A stretch of 64,000 nucleotides of DNA from the NCBI GenBank assembly GCA_963799485.1, contig CAWCXJ010000004.1, forward strand, positions 64,001 through 128,000, given 5' to 3'. This DNA comes from an uncultured Trueperaceae bacterium. Its GTDB lineage: Bacteria > Deinococcota > Deinococci > Deinococcales > Trueperaceae. Shown piece by piece: positions 43,683 through 53,409 of this stretch; position 1 is the first letter of the stretch; each line of letters starts with the position of its first letter. The position numbers and the translations under genes are program-made. Below the pieces are notes generated by a model. The model did not search any database. It was given only the letters and a program-made list of their open reading frames with translations, and was not told where the DNA came from.

Positions 43683-46583
43683 CTACACGACGCTCCAGCG
43701 CACCGTAAAAAGCGGCGTGACTTCGGTGCGCTGTACCAAACGGGCCTCGAGGTCGTCGATCAGCGCGTCGCGTTTGTCTTTGATCTCGTCTTCCACGTCA
43801 AAGATGCGCTGGCGCTGGCGGCGCTGGAGTTTCTCGAGTTCCCGCACCCTGAGCTGTAAGGCGTGCTGTTCGTCGGTGGTGGTCGCCAGGCGGGCCTGCC
43901 GCCCGAGCGCCCTCAGCTGCGCTTTGGTATCGGCGAGTTCTTTTTCTGCGCCGAGCACCATATCGTCGGCCCAGCGTTCCAAACGTTCGCGCTCTTCGTG
44001 GAAAAAGCGGTTGCTGTGCTCGAGGGCGCGGCTTAGCGCCGCCTGAACGTGCCGTTCGCGGTCGCCGCCCAGTTTGCTCAGGACACCGTTTTGGGGGGGC
44101 GCGGTCGGTGTCACCTTGGCAGCGCAGCGAAAGAGCCGTTCGCACAGTTCACTGTCCAAAGGCGTGCCGTCGTCGTGAAAGCCGTTAAAGAGCAGGTGTT
44201 CCTCACGTCCTAAAGCCTCAATCCCGAGATGGGTCAGCGTCAGCCAACCCGAGTTGCCGTGCAGCGCTTCAACCGCAGCGAGGCGGGTGGGGTGGTGAGT
44301 GACGTCGAAATGCAGGTGAGCGGTGGGTGTGGCTACCGCTTTGGCCGCGTCCAGCACGTACTCGCCCAGCGGGTGCGAGAGGCGGTAGATAAACTCGCCG
44401 GACGTGTTCGCGGCTCCCTTACGGATGAGCGTGTAGCGGCCCTGCTTTAGCGCCGGGACGGGCGGAGCAGTCAGCTCGAAACTGAGCGTGGCGTCGTCAA
44501 ACCGGGCACGTCCGTCCAGCATCACCCGGCTGGTCTGCCAAAAAAGCCGCCCAACGCGGTCGAGCTGAGCTTTCGCGGCGTCGAGCTGAACCTTGAGGCG
44601 AGCGTGAACGTCCTCGTCGAAGTGTTCCAAGAGAGCCTGACGGGTCGAGAGCATCCGGGCCTCGATGCTCGTCTCCATCTCCTTTTGCAGCGCGTTAAAT
44701 GCCGTTTCAATTTCGTCCGCTGTGCGGCACTCCTGGTAAATACTCAGGATGCGTTTTTCAAAGTCCACGCCGGACTCCAGGGTGCCTAAAACCTCATCCG
44801 ACGCGCCGAAAACTCCGTTAAAGAGGTTGAACTTCTCGGTCAACAGCTCCAAGACGCGCCTGTCCGCCTCGTTGCGCTGATTGAGAAAGTTGATAACGAC
44901 CACGTCATGCTGCTGACCGTAGCGGTGGCAACGCCCGATGCGCTGCTCGACACGCTGCGGGTTCCAGGGCAGGTCGTAGTTGATGACCAGCGAGCAGAAC
45001 TGCATGTTGACGCCCTCGGCGGCGGCTTCGGTGGCGATTAGAATCTCGGCGTGGTCGCGGAAATGCTCGATAATCGCCGTGCGGCTGTCTACGTCTCGTG
45101 AACCGGCGGCGCGGCCTGTACCGGCTTCGGCGAGCCAGCGTTCGTAAATCGCCTTTGTTTCCGGCCCACTGTTGCTGCCGTTAAAGAGCGCGACTTTGCC
45201 CGCGTGACCGTTCGCCTCTAAAAAATCTTTGAGGTAGGTCTGCGTCCGCCGCGATTCGGTGAAAATGAGGGCTTTCGGGTTGGCTCCCACCTTACCGAGT
45301 TCATCAAAACCCAGCGTCAATGCGGTGAGGAGCGCCCGCGACTTGCTATCGACGCCGATGCTGTGCGCCCAGGTCAGGTAGTGCCTGACCTCGGCAATTT
45401 CCAGCTCGAGCTTTTTAAGCTCCGGCCTGACCTCACGCTCCGGGTTGTCGTTCTCTGCGTCGTTCTCTGGTTCGTCTTCATCTAGGGCTGCGTCAAGGTA
45501 CTCGTCCTCGAGTTCTTCCTCGGTAATGAGCACTTCGGCAAGACTGCTCGCCGCTGCCTCCGGCGCTACAGTTTCGGCGACGGTCGCCTCGCGCAGCGCG
45601 AGGAGGCGCTGAAGGATGGTCTCGAGCGTCCCTGCGACGGCGCGTGACGACGACGCCAGCAGCTTACGCAAGATCAGGGTGGTGAGCTGCCGCTGCCGCG
45701 CAGGTAGCGCGAAGGTGTCTTCACGTTGCAAAAAGCTCGAGAGCGCTTCGTAAAGCCTGTGCTCTTCATCGCTCGGCGTAAAAGGTCGCGTCAGCGTGCG
45801 CCGTTCGGTATAGCGGATGTACTCGCTCACGTCTTGCCGCAAAGTACGTTTGGAAAACCCTTCGAGCCGACCTCTCAGGTCGCCCAAGTCGCTCCCGGCG
45901 CGCATGTAGCGCTCCCGGAACGAGGCCACATCGCCAAACAGGTGCTCGCCGATAAGTGTTGAAAGCCCGTACAGCTCTAAGAGCGAGTTTTGTAGCGGGG
46001 TTGCCGTGAGCAGCAGCTTTTGCCGGTCTTCCAAAGCCCAAAGGAGCCGCTGACCCATCTTGTTGCTGGGCCGGTAGGCGTTACGCAATTTGTGCGCCTC
46101 GTCGATCACCACGAGGTTCCAGGGCACCGCCCGCACCTCACCTTGCAGGCGGCTGGCAAAGTTGAGCGAGGTGATGATGACCCTGTCTTGCAAAAATGGC
46201 TCGGCGTTACCCTCGCGTAGCGCCCTTTTATAGGCAGCTGCGTCTAGTACGAGCGTTGGGAGATTGAACTTTTCCTCGAGTTCTAAGCTCCACTGCTTGC
46301 GGATCGAAGCCGGACAGACGACCAGGAGCCGCCGCCGCCGCTCGGCCCAGTATTGGCAGAGCACCAAGCTGGCCTCAATCGTTTTTCCCAAGCCAACCTC
46401 GTCGGCAAGCAAGACACCTTTGCTGAGCGGGTTGCCGAGGGCAAAGAGCGCAGCGTCGATCTGGTGGGGGTTTAAGTCTACCGCCGCGTCAAAGAGCGAC
46501 TGCGACAACCGTTCAACGCCCGCGGCGGGACGCTGCCGCGTAAGCTCATAGGCGAAATAACGTGCGTGATAGGGCGTACTCAC
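43683..46583 (-). CDS. SNF2/RapA-like helicase with coiled-coil C-terminus
   Basis: LNPHQ, LADEVGLGKT, IDEAH, LTATP, NYDLPWNP, QRIGRCHRYGQ. Confidence 0.92.
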   Translation of the reverse strand: MSTPYHARYFAYELTRQRPAAGVERLSQSLFDAAVDLNPHQIDAALFALGNPLSKGVLLADEVGLGKTIEASLVLCQYWAERRRRLLVVCPASIRKQWSLELEEKFNLPTLVLDAAAYKRALREGNAEPFLQDRVIITSLNFASRLQGEVRAVPWNLVVIDEAHKLRNAYRPSNKMGQRLLWALEDRQKLLLTATPLQNSLLELYGLSTLIGEHLFGDVASFRERYMRAGSDLGDLRGRLEGFSKRTLRQDVSEYIRYTERRTLTRPFTPSDEEHRLYEALSSFLQREDTFALPARQRQLTTLILRKLLASSSRAVAGTLETILQRLLALREATVAETVAPEAAASSLAEVLITEEELEDEYLDAALDEDEPENDAENDNPEREVRPELKKLELEIAEVRHYLTWAHSIGVDSKSRALLTALTLGFDELGKVGANPKALIFTESRRTQTYLKDFLEANGHAGKVALFNGSNSGPETKAIYERWLAEAGTGRAAGSRDVDSRTAIIEHFRDHAEILIATEAAAEGVNMQFCSLVINYDLPWNPQRVEQRIGRCHRYGQQHDVVVINFLNQRNEADRRVLELLTEKFNLFNGVFGASDEVLGTLESGVDFEKRILSIYQECRTADEIETAFNALQKEMETSIEARMLSTRQALLEHFDEDVHARLKVQLDAAKAQLDRVGRLFWQTSRVMLDGRARFDDATLSFELTAPPVPALKQGRYTLIRKGAANTSGEFIYRLSHPLGEYVLDAAKAVATPTAHLHFDVTHHPTRLAAVEALHGNSGWLTLTHLGIEALGREEHLLFNGFHDDGTPLDSELCERLFRCAAKVTPTAPPQNGVLSKLGGDRERHVQAALSRALEHSNRFFHEERERLERWADDMVLGAEKELADTKAQLRALGRQARLATTTDEQHALQLRVRELEKLQRRQRQRIFDVEDEIKDKRDALIDDLEARLVQRTEVTPLFTVRWSVV

Positions 46584-46921
46584 CCCTTCTTCTCGCTACC
46601 GTTACCGCCACAAACCGTCCCGGCGTCGCAGTATGTCGTTCTGTGCTTCACGACCCCATGATGCCACGCGCACACCTAAAGCTTGCAAAAAAGCTCACCA
46701 GGTCGCAGAGGGCAGTGCTTATCATAGAGGCAAAGATACGGTGAGCGCGCCAAGTTTGAAGCCGGTTTAGGAATTTTGAAGTCAAATGCCTACAGGTAGA
46801 GAGCCCCGTAGCGCCCTAGCCGCACGCGTTCAGACCCACATCACGCTTTTGCCAGAACTTTAGCGTCGGCTAGGGCGGTTGGTCTGCGTCAGGTTGCTTT
46901 GACTGAGGTAGGCTTCGGCAC

Positions 46922-47130
46922 ATGAACCTCAGAGCTTTACGCCTCCACCCCGACAACGACCTCAGAGCTTCGCTCCTTGCTGACTGCACCGAGCAACAAA
47001 GCTGCCTTTGTGCTGACCTGTGTCGGCAGTCTCAAACAGGCCGTCATCCGTTTTGCCGACGCCCCTGACGGGGCTATGCTCGAGCAAAAGCTCGAAATCC
47101 TCACGCTCTCCGGCACCCTGTCGCCCATCC
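46922..47130 (+). pseudogene. PPC/DUF296 domain gene fragment
   Basis: LRLHPDNDL, then frameshifted AFVLTCVGSL..A.IRFA...EILTLSGTLS; truncated. Confidence 0.65.
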
Positions 47131-47164
47131 TCGCGGAACACCGCGCCAAGCCGCGCGGGTAATC

Positions 47165-47480
47165 CGCACGGCCCCATCTTTCCTAACCGGCGACCCGCTG
47201 CATATTCAGCTCGCGGATCGTTTACAAGCGTATTTTGAGACGGGCCGGACTCACTGAGAGCTTTAGGCCCTACGGTTTGCGCCATACCTGCGCGACGCTC
47301 TTGTTACTTGCTGTACATCCCCAAGTAGTCGGCGACCGCCTGGGCCACTCGAGCACCTCCGAAACGGTGGACACTTACAGCCACGTCATCTCAGGGATGC
47401 AGCGCGAGGCGTCAGATAAGCTAGACGCGGTGCTCTTCAAACCGCCCGGAACCGTCAAGGCACGAGCACTTAACCAGGCT
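47165..47480 (+). pseudogene. Tyrosine integrase C-terminal remnant
   Basis: LRHTCATLLL...HPQVVGDRLGHS....TVDTYSHV; N-terminal part missing; next to a tRNA 3' end. Confidence 0.85.
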
Positions 47481-47581
47481 TTTAGGAGTTTGGCACACTA
47501 CAGGCACACCAAACAGGAGAAACGCCCTTTCTGTAGCTTGGGCGCTTCTCCGTAAATACCGTGTAGCACGGCTTTTCTCTG

Positions 47582-47655
47582 TGGCTGGGGCGTAGGGATT
47601 CGAACCCAAATTAACGGAACCAAAATCCGCGGTCCTGCCATTAGACGACGCCCCA
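47582..47655 (-). tRNA. tRNA-Gln (TTG)
   Basis: TGGGGCGTCGTCTAATGGCAGGAC...GATT-TTG-GTTCC...GTTCGAATCC...CCCCAGCCA. Confidence 0.95.
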
Positions 47656-47666
47656 ATGTGTTCGGG

Positions 47667-47740
47667 TGGCTGGGGTGTAGGGACTCGAACCCCAATTGAC
47701 GGAACCAGAATCCGCAGTCCTGCCGTTAGACGACACCCCA
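47667..47740 (-). tRNA. tRNA-Gln (CTG)
   Basis: TGGGGTGTCGTCTAACGGCAGGAC...GATT-CTG-GTTCC...GTTCGAGTCC...CCCCAGCCA. Confidence 0.95.
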
Positions 47741-47781
47741 CCAAACGCAAAGGTAATCTTATAAAGCTTATGGGGGGGCTG

Positions 47782-48477
47782 TCAACTCTGCTCGACCCCG
47801 AGCACGACCTTGACGTTGCCTTTACGCGTTTCACCCTGCACTTCCAGGACGCTAAAGCGCCCCAAACCTTCGGCGTATATTTCGTCGCCACGTGCGGCGC
47901 TGCTCGCTTTACCGGCGGGGCGACCGTTAAGCGAGACGCGGCCCCCGGCAATTCCCTTGGCGAAGTAAGCCCTCGAGACCCGGAACGCCTTGGCTCCCAA
48001 CACATCAACCCGCAACGACGGCACGATGACCTGCTGCTGCCGCTCCCGCCCGCGCGTAAGCCGTGACAGCTCGACCTCTTGCACCGTAACGGGTCGTCCG
48101 CCGACGTGGGTCATCTTTAGCGCAGCGTCTTTCGCAGCGGGCAACACGACCACGCTGAGGCCGTCTTGATGCGCTAACACATCGCCGATATCGTCTTTTG
48201 CCACCCCTGCCGACCGGAGCGCTGCGAGCAGGTCGCCTTCGCTCGGCGCGCCGCCTACATAAAGTGCGGCGAGGAGTGTATTCGCCCCCGGGATGTGGTC
48301 GGGATAGGCCGTCAACACGCGCCGTCTGGCCCCGGTGACGCCACCTTCGGCCTGACTGCCGACCCCCGCGTCACGCAAACGGGCAGCGAGTTGGGCCGCG
48401 TCGTCGGGGTCTAGAAAAGACGTGTGGGCGACGCGGCCTCCGCGCACGGCAGCCTCGAGACGTGCAAAGTCGTCCAT
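47782..48477 (-). CDS. YlmH-like S4-domain RNA-binding protein
   Basis: TSFLDP, IGDVL, VPSLRVD...FRVSR...GRVSLNG...GDEI..EGLGRF...GETRKG. Confidence 0.85.
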   Translation of the reverse strand: MDDFARLEAAVRGGRVAHTSFLDPDDAAQLAARLRDAGVGSQAEGGVTGARRRVLTAYPDHIPGANTLLAALYVGGAPSEGDLLAALRSAGVAKDDIGDVLAHQDGLSVVVLPAAKDAALKMTHVGGRPVTVQEVELSRLTRGRERQQQVIVPSLRVDVLGAKAFRVSRAYFAKGIAGGRVSLNGRPAGKASSAARGDEIYAEGLGRFSVLEVQGETRKGNVKVVLGVEQS

Positions 48478-48498
48478 CAGTGCTCCTTCATCTTGTTT

Positions 48499-49128
48499 TC
48501 ATCGTATGTCTTTGACCTCGAGCCCCGCCGCCCGCAGCCGCTCGGGAAACGCCGCTGCACCTTCACCGACGACCCGCAAGACCAGTTCGCGGTGGCTGCC
48601 CGCTTGTACCCCGACCGTCACAACCGCAATGATGTTCGACGGTGCCGCTGCGCTCGCCGCCCTTGCCAGCACCCCCGGTTCGTCGGGCAAGCTGACTGTA
48701 ACGCGCGTACCACCCTCCCGCAGCCCCAACATCGCCACAAACGCGCGCAACATGTCGGTGATGGTCAGCATCCCCTCGAGCTTGCCCGCCGCGACGACCG
48801 GCAGCCCTGAAACCTTGTGCGCTTCCATCAGCAAAGACGCCTGCTCTACCGGGTCTTCGGGGGCCACGGTCACGACCGGCGTCGTCATCACCTCCCGGAC
48901 AACGAGCTTGCTCAGCTGGTAGTTGAGTTCGTACACCGAAAGCGTATTTTCCGAAGACGGGGTGGCGTCTTTGAGGTCGCGGTCGGTGACGATACCGACC
49001 AAACGGCCCCCATCGACGACCGGCAGGCGGCGGTAGCCTCCCTTGCGTAAGAGCTGCATCGCCTCCATCACCGGGGTTTTGCTCGAGACGCTTTGCGGCG
49101 TCGGGGTCATCCACTGGGCTACGAACAT
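48499..49128 (-). CDS. Tandem CBS plus ACT domain protein (AcuB-like)
   Basis: WMTP, RRLPVV..GRLVGIVTDRDL, VMTTPVVTV, PDEPGVLA. Confidence 0.88.
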   Translation of the reverse strand: MFVAQWMTPTPQSVSSKTPVMEAMQLLRKGGYRRLPVVDGGRLVGIVTDRDLKDATPSSENTLSVYELNYQLSKLVVREVMTTPVVTVAPEDPVEQASLLMEAHKVSGLPVVAAGKLEGMLTITDMLRAFVAMLGLREGGTRVTVSLPDEPGVLARAASAAAPSNIIAVVTVGVQAGSHRELVLRVVGEGAAAFPERLRAAGLEVKDIR

Positions 49129-49134
49129 AGCTGC

Positions 49135-49170
49135 ACCTGCCGTAACTTTACCTGCCGTAACTGTACCTGT
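49135..49170. repeat. 15-bp tandem repeat, about 2.4 copies
   Basis: ACCTGCCGTAACT(T/G)T x2 plus ACCTGT. Confidence 0.8.
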
Positions 49171-49266
49171 GAGGTTGGGAGTCGAAAAGAGGTCATAAAC
49201 GCTTAACTCTACCGAAAAAAGTGTAGTCGGCGTGCGTTTTGATAGGGCTCGAGCCCACGCAGTCCA

Positions 49267-49320
49267 AACGGTTGCGAGAGAACGGTTGCAAGAGAACGGT
49301 GGCGCGAGAGAACGGTTGCA
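49267..49320. repeat. 14-bp tandem repeat, about 4 copies
   Basis: AACGGTTGCGAGAG, AACGGTTGCAAGAG, AACGGTGGCGCGAGAG, AACGGTTGCA. Confidence 0.85.
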
Positions 49321-49357
49321 GCGCGGGCGAAAGCTTAGGGTAAAGACGGGGTAACAG

Positions 49358-49669
49358 ATGACAACACAGACAACAACGAAAGCCGATTATCGCCGCGCCG
49401 TTGGGAGCAGCGTTTTGGTTGGTTTGGGTATCGGCGGGTTTTTCGACGGCACCACATTTCATCAGGTTTTGCAGTAGCATCGCATGGTGAGCGCGGTGTA
49501 TCCGGTCAAGACGGTTGCGGGGCTCGAGTTAAACACCTTGGGCGACGGCTTTTCCCACGTAGATGCGTACCTTTTTACGCTGACCGGACTTTTTCTTTTG
49601 GGGTGCGCTGCTTTTGGGCGGATGGCGTTTAGTGCATACGGGAAACCGACAACCGGCGTGTCCCGCTAG
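49358..49669 (+). pseudogene. DUF2243-like membrane protein with a premature stop and truncation
   Basis: GLGIGGFFDG..FHQVLQ*HRMVS...LELNTLGDGF; TAG at 49475-49477 where Trp is expected. Confidence 0.72.
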
Positions 49670-49719
49670 CTTCAGCTTGGTTCCTTGCGCCCGCTTGACC
49701 TGAAGGGCATGATGACACG

Positions 49720-50838
49720 ATGACTAAACGTATCAGCATTTTGGGTTCAACCGGGTCGATTGGGACGCAGGCGCTAGACGTTGCCCGGTGGCGCGGGTTT
49801 GAGGTCGTGGGGCTCGCTGCCGGAAAGAACGTTTCGGTGCTGCTGGAGCAAGCGCACGCTTTCAAGCCGCAACTCGTCTCGTGCGACGCCGAGGTCGCCG
49901 AACCGGTGCGCGCCGGTCTCCCGGCTGGAACCAAGCTCGTGACCGACGCGGCAGAAATTGCTGTGCTCGAGGCCGATACCGTCGTCAGCGCCATTCCGGG
50001 CTTTGCCGGACTGGGGCCGACGCTCGCCGCACTCCGGGCCGGTCGGCACGTTGCCCTGGCCAACAAAGAAGCGATGGTCGTCGCCGGGCCGCTCGTGTGG
50101 GAGGTGGCGCGCGCGCACGGCGCAACGCTGACGCCCGTCGATTCGGAACTATCGGCTCTTTTTCAGTGTTTGCAGGGCGAACCACGGGAAGCGGTTGCGG
50201 CTCTCGTCCTCACCGCGTCGGGCGGCCCGTTTCGGCTCGGCCCCGAAAACCTCGCTAACGTGACGCCCGAACAAGCCCTCAAGCACCCCAACTGGGCGAT
50301 GGGGCCGAAAGTCACGATAGACTCGGCGACCTTGTTTAATAAGGGGCTCGAGGTTTTAGAGTCACATTTCTTTTTCGAGTTACCCCTCGAGCAAATTGAG
50401 GTCGTTATCCATCCGCAGTCTTTGGTCCACAGCCTGGTGCGCTTTAAGGACGGCAACCTTAAAGCCCAAGTAGGCCCGCACGATATGCGGCTGCCCATTC
50501 AGGTGGCGCTGACGAGCCCCGAACGCGCCGAGACACCGCTCTCACCCCTTCCCCTGAGCGGCACCTGGGAGTTCTCACCGCCCGACCTGGTGCGTTTCCC
50601 CAGCCTCGCCCTGGCTTTCGAGGCCGGACGGCTCGGCGGCACCGCGCCCGCAATCTTGAACGCTGCCGACGAGGTTGCCGTAAACGCGTTTACGGCAGGG
50701 AAAATCGGTTTTACGGACATCCCTGGAGCGCTCGAGCACGCACTTGTCCACGTCGCAGCTAGTGCGCTCAGCTGGGACGCGGTTCCTGAAGCCGACGCTG
50801 CCGCCCGCCGGAGTGTGAAAGAACGGTTTAAGTTGTAA
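49720..50838 (+). CDS. dxr: 1-deoxy-D-xylulose-5-phosphate reductoisomerase
   Basis: [52 protein letters not shown]. Confidence 0.96.
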   Translation: MTKRISILGSTGSIGTQALDVARWRGFEVVGLAAGKNVSVLLEQAHAFKPQLVSCDAEVAEPVRAGLPAGTKLVTDAAEIAVLEADTVVSAIPGFAGLGPTLAALRAGRHVALANKEAMVVAGPLVWEVARAHGATLTPVDSELSALFQCLQGEPREAVAALVLTASGGPFRLGPENLANVTPEQALKHPNWAMGPKVTIDSATLFNKGLEVLESHFFFELPLEQIEVVIHPQSLVHSLVRFKDGNLKAQVGPHDMRLPIQVALTSPERAETPLSPLPLSGTWEFSPPDLVRFPSLALAFEAGRLGGTAPAILNAADEVAVNAFTAGKIGFTDIPGALEHALVHVAASALSWDAVPEADAAARRSVKERFKL

Positions 50839-50952
50839 AGATAGAAGTCAATGTAGGCTTCACGCTATCCGACAAACTTTTTCACCTCGAGCTGGCATAC
50901 TAAAAGGTATGAAGCTTGACTCACAAAATCGTGCTGCCTGGTGGCAGAGCCT

Positions 50953-52047
50953 ATGCTGACAGCTATCGTCTTTTTGCTTGTTTTAACGGTATCGGTCGTG
51001 ATTCACGAGCTGGCGCACTACTTCAACGCCCGCAGCGTCGGCGTGCCGGTACGCGCCTTTAGCGTCGGGATGGGGCCGGTTTTACTCCGCAAACAGTGGC
51101 GCGGCACCGAATGGCGTTTGTCTTTGTTGCCGCTCGGCGGCTACGTCGATCTGCAAGGTCTGACACCCGAAGAAGCCGAGGGCGGCACCATGCGTTACCC
51201 CGTCGACGGTTTTATGCAGAAGAACTTCTGGCAAAAGGCGTGGGTGCTTATCGGCGGTGTGATTGCCAACTTTATCCTGGCGGTGCTGCTCTTGGCGTCG
51301 GTGATGACTATTGAACCTAATTCGTCGATTCGGGTGCTGGCAACCGGCGAAACCCCGGCGACCTCCGGAGCTGTGCTTCAGCGGATTCTGCCGGACAGCG
51401 CTGCAGCACGTTTTGGACTTCAAGCCGGAGATGAAGTTTTACGGCTCAACGGTCTGCAAAACCCGAGCGTAACCGAGGTGCAAGAGGTCATCCGCAACGC
51501 CGCCCAACTCAACCTGCTCGTTAAACGGGGCGATGAACAGGTGCGCGTCACCGAACCCTGGCCTCCTGAAGACGGTGCGGAAGTCCCTCAGCTAGGTGTG
51601 GCAATTGCGCCGGTTAGCGTCGAAAGCTTGCCGCCTATCGGTTTCGGCACGGCCCTTATCGAAACGACCGGGTTTCTTGTCCGCGTCGTTCCCGAGTCGG
51701 TCAGCGGGTTCGTGCGGGCATTCGGGCAAACCTTCGCCGGTCAGCGTAGCGCCGAGGTCGTCGGGCCGGTCGGGATGGTCGGGCTGGCGGGGCAGGCGGC
51801 GCAGGGCGGCTGGCTGGCTATCCTAACATTCGCGGGCCTGATCAATTTCTCACTCGCGCTTTTCAATCTCTTGCCGATTCCGGGGCTCGACGGCGGGCGC
51901 ATCTTGCTCGCGGCGGTGGTGGCGCTGCGCGGTCGTCCCTTCAAACCGGGGCAAGAAGAGTTCGTCAACTTCTTGGGTATCGCACTCCTGATGCTGTTCG
52001 TCGTACTCGTGAGTTTCGGTGAGGTGGGCGATTTGCTCCGCCGCTAG
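50953..52047 (+). CDS. rseP: Site-2 (M50) intramembrane metalloprotease with a PDZ domain
   Basis: IHELAH, LPLGGYV, GPVG, FNLLPIPGLDGG; follows dxr. Confidence 0.9.
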   Translation: MLTAIVFLLVLTVSVVIHELAHYFNARSVGVPVRAFSVGMGPVLLRKQWRGTEWRLSLLPLGGYVDLQGLTPEEAEGGTMRYPVDGFMQKNFWQKAWVLIGGVIANFILAVLLLASVMTIEPNSSIRVLATGETPATSGAVLQRILPDSAAARFGLQAGDEVLRLNGLQNPSVTEVQEVIRNAAQLNLLVKRGDEQVRVTEPWPPEDGAEVPQLGVAIAPVSVESLPPIGFGTALIETTGFLVRVVPESVSGFVRAFGQTFAGQRSAEVVGPVGMVGLAGQAAQGGWLAILTFAGLINFSLALFNLLPIPGLDGGRILLAAVVALRGRPFKPGQEEFVNFLGIALLMLFVVLVSFGEVGDLLRR

Positions 52048-52083
52048 TGCGCCTTTAGGTTAAGCTGCAGCGTGCTTTGCGAC

Positions 52084-52722
52084 ATGTCCCGGTGCGCCGT
52101 CCTGATTCCCGCCTATAACGAAGCGGCTCATGTGGGCCGGGTGGTCGAGGTGGCGCGCACGGTAGGGTGCGAGGTCTGGGTTATTGACGACGGCTCGAGC
52201 GACCTCACCGCCCAAACCGCCCGCGCTGCCGGGGCCGAGGTTTTGACCCTTCCGGAAAATCAGGGCAAAGGCGGCGCAGTCTTTGCCGGTGCAGCCCACG
52301 TAGATACCGACGTGGTGGTGCTTTTGGACGCCGACCTGCTGGGTCTGACGCCGCAGCATATCCGGGCGCTCGCTGAACCCGTGCTGTCGGGTCGCGCAAC
52401 GATGACGCGGGGCGTCTTCTCCGGCGGGCGCTGGCGCACGACGGCGGCGCAGCGGTTGACGCCGCAGCTCAACGGACAGCGGGCGGTGTTGAGAGAAAAG
52501 CTTCTGGAGGCCGAAGGTCTAGCCGAAAGCCGTTACGGGCTCGAGATTGCCATCACCGAACACGCCAAACGCGCAGGCTGGTGCGTTTTGGATGTGCCGC
52601 TTGGGGGTGTGTCGCAAGTCATGAAAGAAGAAAAACGCGGGTTTTGGGTCGGGTCGGGTGTGCGCCTCAAGATGTACGCGGAGATTTTTTTGGAGCTGTT
52701 CCGGGGCTGGGCGAGACGCTAG
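52084..52722 (+). CDS. Glycosyltransferase family 2
   Basis: IPAYNE, VIDDGSSD, NQGKGGA, LDADL. Confidence 0.88.
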   Translation: MSRCAVLIPAYNEAAHVGRVVEVARTVGCEVWVIDDGSSDLTAQTARAAGAEVLTLPENQGKGGAVFAGAAHVDTDVVVLLDADLLGLTPQHIRALAEPVLSGRATMTRGVFSGGRWRTTAAQRLTPQLNGQRAVLREKLLEAEGLAESRYGLEIAITEHAKRAGWCVLDVPLGGVSQVMKEEKRGFWVGSGVRLKMYAEIFLELFRGWARR

Positions 52723-52762
52723 GTTTGGCTGACCGCGCTTTAGGTAGCGTTACACTGAAAAT

Positions 52763-53386
52763 ATGCTGGACGTTCAAACGCTTACTGTCGGGCCGCTGCA
52801 AGAAAACTGCTACCTGCTTTCCGATTCTGAAACGCACCAAGCTGTGCTGATAGACCCCGGAGACGAACCACAACGACTTATGGCTGCTTTAGACGGGCTC
52901 GAGCTGACTGCCGTCTGGCTGACCCACGCGCACTTCGACCATATCGGGGCGCTCGCCGAAGTCCACCGGCAGTTTCCGGTACCGGTTTACCTGCACGAAA
53001 ACGACCGTGAGCTTTTTGAACATGCCGCCGAGAGTGCCGCGTTTTTCGGGATTAGGCTCGAGCAACCCGCCCTGGAAACATTGCCCCTAAACCAAGGCCA
53101 GACTCTGAGCTTAGGCGCGCACGAGGCGACCTGCCTGTTTACCCCCGGTCACGCGCCCGGACACACGGCGTTTTATCTGCCCAGGCAAAACCTCGTCTTT
53201 GCCGGTGACGCTCTCTTTCAAGGTTCCGTCGGGCGCACCGACCTGCCGGGGGGCGACCCCGCGCAGCTGCTGGCGAGTGTCCGCCGTGAACTTTTAACGT
53301 TGCCGGACAAGACCATCGTTTTACCGGGTCACGGCCCGGCAACGACGATTGGCATAGAGCGGCGGATGAATCCGTTTTTGCGGTGA
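52763..53386 (+). CDS. MBL-fold hydrolase (glyoxalase II-like)
   Basis: ENCY, IDPG, THAHFDHIG, TPGHAPG, GDALF, PGHG. Confidence 0.92.
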   Translation: MLDVQTLTVGPLQENCYLLSDSETHQAVLIDPGDEPQRLMAALDGLELTAVWLTHAHFDHIGALAEVHRQFPVPVYLHENDRELFEHAAESAAFFGIRLEQPALETLPLNQGQTLSLGAHEATCLFTPGHAPGHTAFYLPRQNLVFAGDALFQGSVGRTDLPGGDPAQLLASVRRELLTLPDKTIVLPGHGPATTIGIERRMNPFLR

Positions 53387-53409
53387 GGTAACGCAGACGG
53401 TAAGCAGCT

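Noticed and set aside
47235..47555. Functional integrase or prophage
   Set aside because: C-terminal fragment only; no phage structural genes and no second att site found.
49267..49320. CRISPR array
   Set aside because: Adjacent 14-16 bp units with no unique spacers.
49475..49477. Pyrrolysine or stop read-through in the DUF2243-like gene
   Set aside because: TAG is one base from the expected TGG and the gene is also truncated, so pseudogenisation is simpler.
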